A DNA stretch of 64,000 nucleotides from Chara braunii (Eukaryota > Plantae > Charophyceae): NCBI GenBank assembly GCA_003427395.1, contig BFEA01000016.1:1829311-1893310 (forward strand), in the 5' to 3' direction. Below, one piece after another: positions 63,241-64,000 of this stretch. A model generated the notes under the pieces. The model made no database searches. It saw nothing but the letters and a program-made list of their open reading frames with translations, and was not told the DNA's origin. The stretch's first letter is position 1. Every line of letters starts with the position of its first letter. The position numbers and the translations under genes are program-made.

Positions 63241-64000
63241 GCCTGCAAGATTTGAGGGACATTCAATTACCTCGTCGGGTGCGTGGCCGGATCGTTTGTT
63301 TTCTCTTTTACGCGAACGACGCACTTCGCAAAACCGCCCACACCTGCGGGGCGGCGTGCGGGGGGTGGTCGCCTCCTCAAGGAATGCTCTCAAGTCCTCC
63401 CCGATGTGGCCGCCTAGTGAACCCGTCAGACAAATCTTATGGGCGTGGGCAGGGCGAGCTTCGGTTGCGGGCGAAATTAAACAACGTATGCCTCTCCCGT
63501 CCATGAGTTTCTTCCACGTCAAATCATTGAGGACACCGGTGCACGGGCGGCGCTAGAGCCTCGCAAGTGTGGCTTTCACATCATCCTCCGTGGTTGAAGT
63601 GAGGACACCACACCGACGAAGGTGGATGACGCACGCCTTCAATCTGCCTGGCGCGTGTGCAGTGGCCACTCGCCGATCACTCGCAAATTCTGGCGACTCA
63701 GCGACGCTGCAACAAACCTTCTATAATCGATGACTGATCGCTGGCATACAGTCGAAGTTCGGATGCCGGTGAACTAAGCAAATTGTGTGGGGAGTGTGCG
63801 CACGCTCGCTTCGTGTGTTTCGCTCTTTGCACTGCATTCCTGACGATGGGTGAACATGCGTTTTCCGTAAGATACACCGATGGTTTTGACGCTCGATGGC
63901 AACTTAGCGAGCATCTTCAGGGCTGCCTGGGATAGTCATAGCAACGCCATGCTGCCCTGCGCAAACGAGCCCCCAATAGTTTCGAGGGGCATTCGATTTC

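Noticed and set aside
63880-63935. CTGAAGA plus hairpin on the minus strand as a hammerhead
   Set aside because: The stem is followed by TCAAAAC rather than GAAA, and there are no flanking stems.

Overview
Repeat-rich eukaryotic nuclear DNA from the green lineage. The plant-type U6, 18S and protein sequences, abundant (GT)n/(GA)n microsatellites and the Ty3/gypsy load suggest a streptophyte alga such as Chara; this is inference. The window has seven long N gaps. Only two host protein-coding genes are well supported, both with uninterrupted CDSs: an alpha/beta hydrolase (6486-7556) and a GONST5/UDP-GalT1-like nucleotide-sugar transporter (24528-25514). The rest is mobile DNA: a 3'-truncated Ty3/gypsy element with PBS and 5' LTR, a decayed gypsy integrase, a solo LTR and LTR fragments, a decayed L1/Tx1-type LINE, a processed U6 pseudogene, a tRNA-derived SINE family (3 copies), MITEs/foldback elements, tandem hairpin repeats and an 18S rRNA fragment. 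The standout is a non-coding repeat family with two copies (9970-11586 and 19991-22306). Each copy sits between (GT)n tracts and carries a type III hammerhead ribozyme on the minus strand (10716-10771 and 20368-20423). The two ribozyme copies have decayed at different positions and together give an intact consensus. This is a candidate microsatellite-targeting, ribozyme-bearing non-autonomous retroelement (retrozyme- or Penelope-like).
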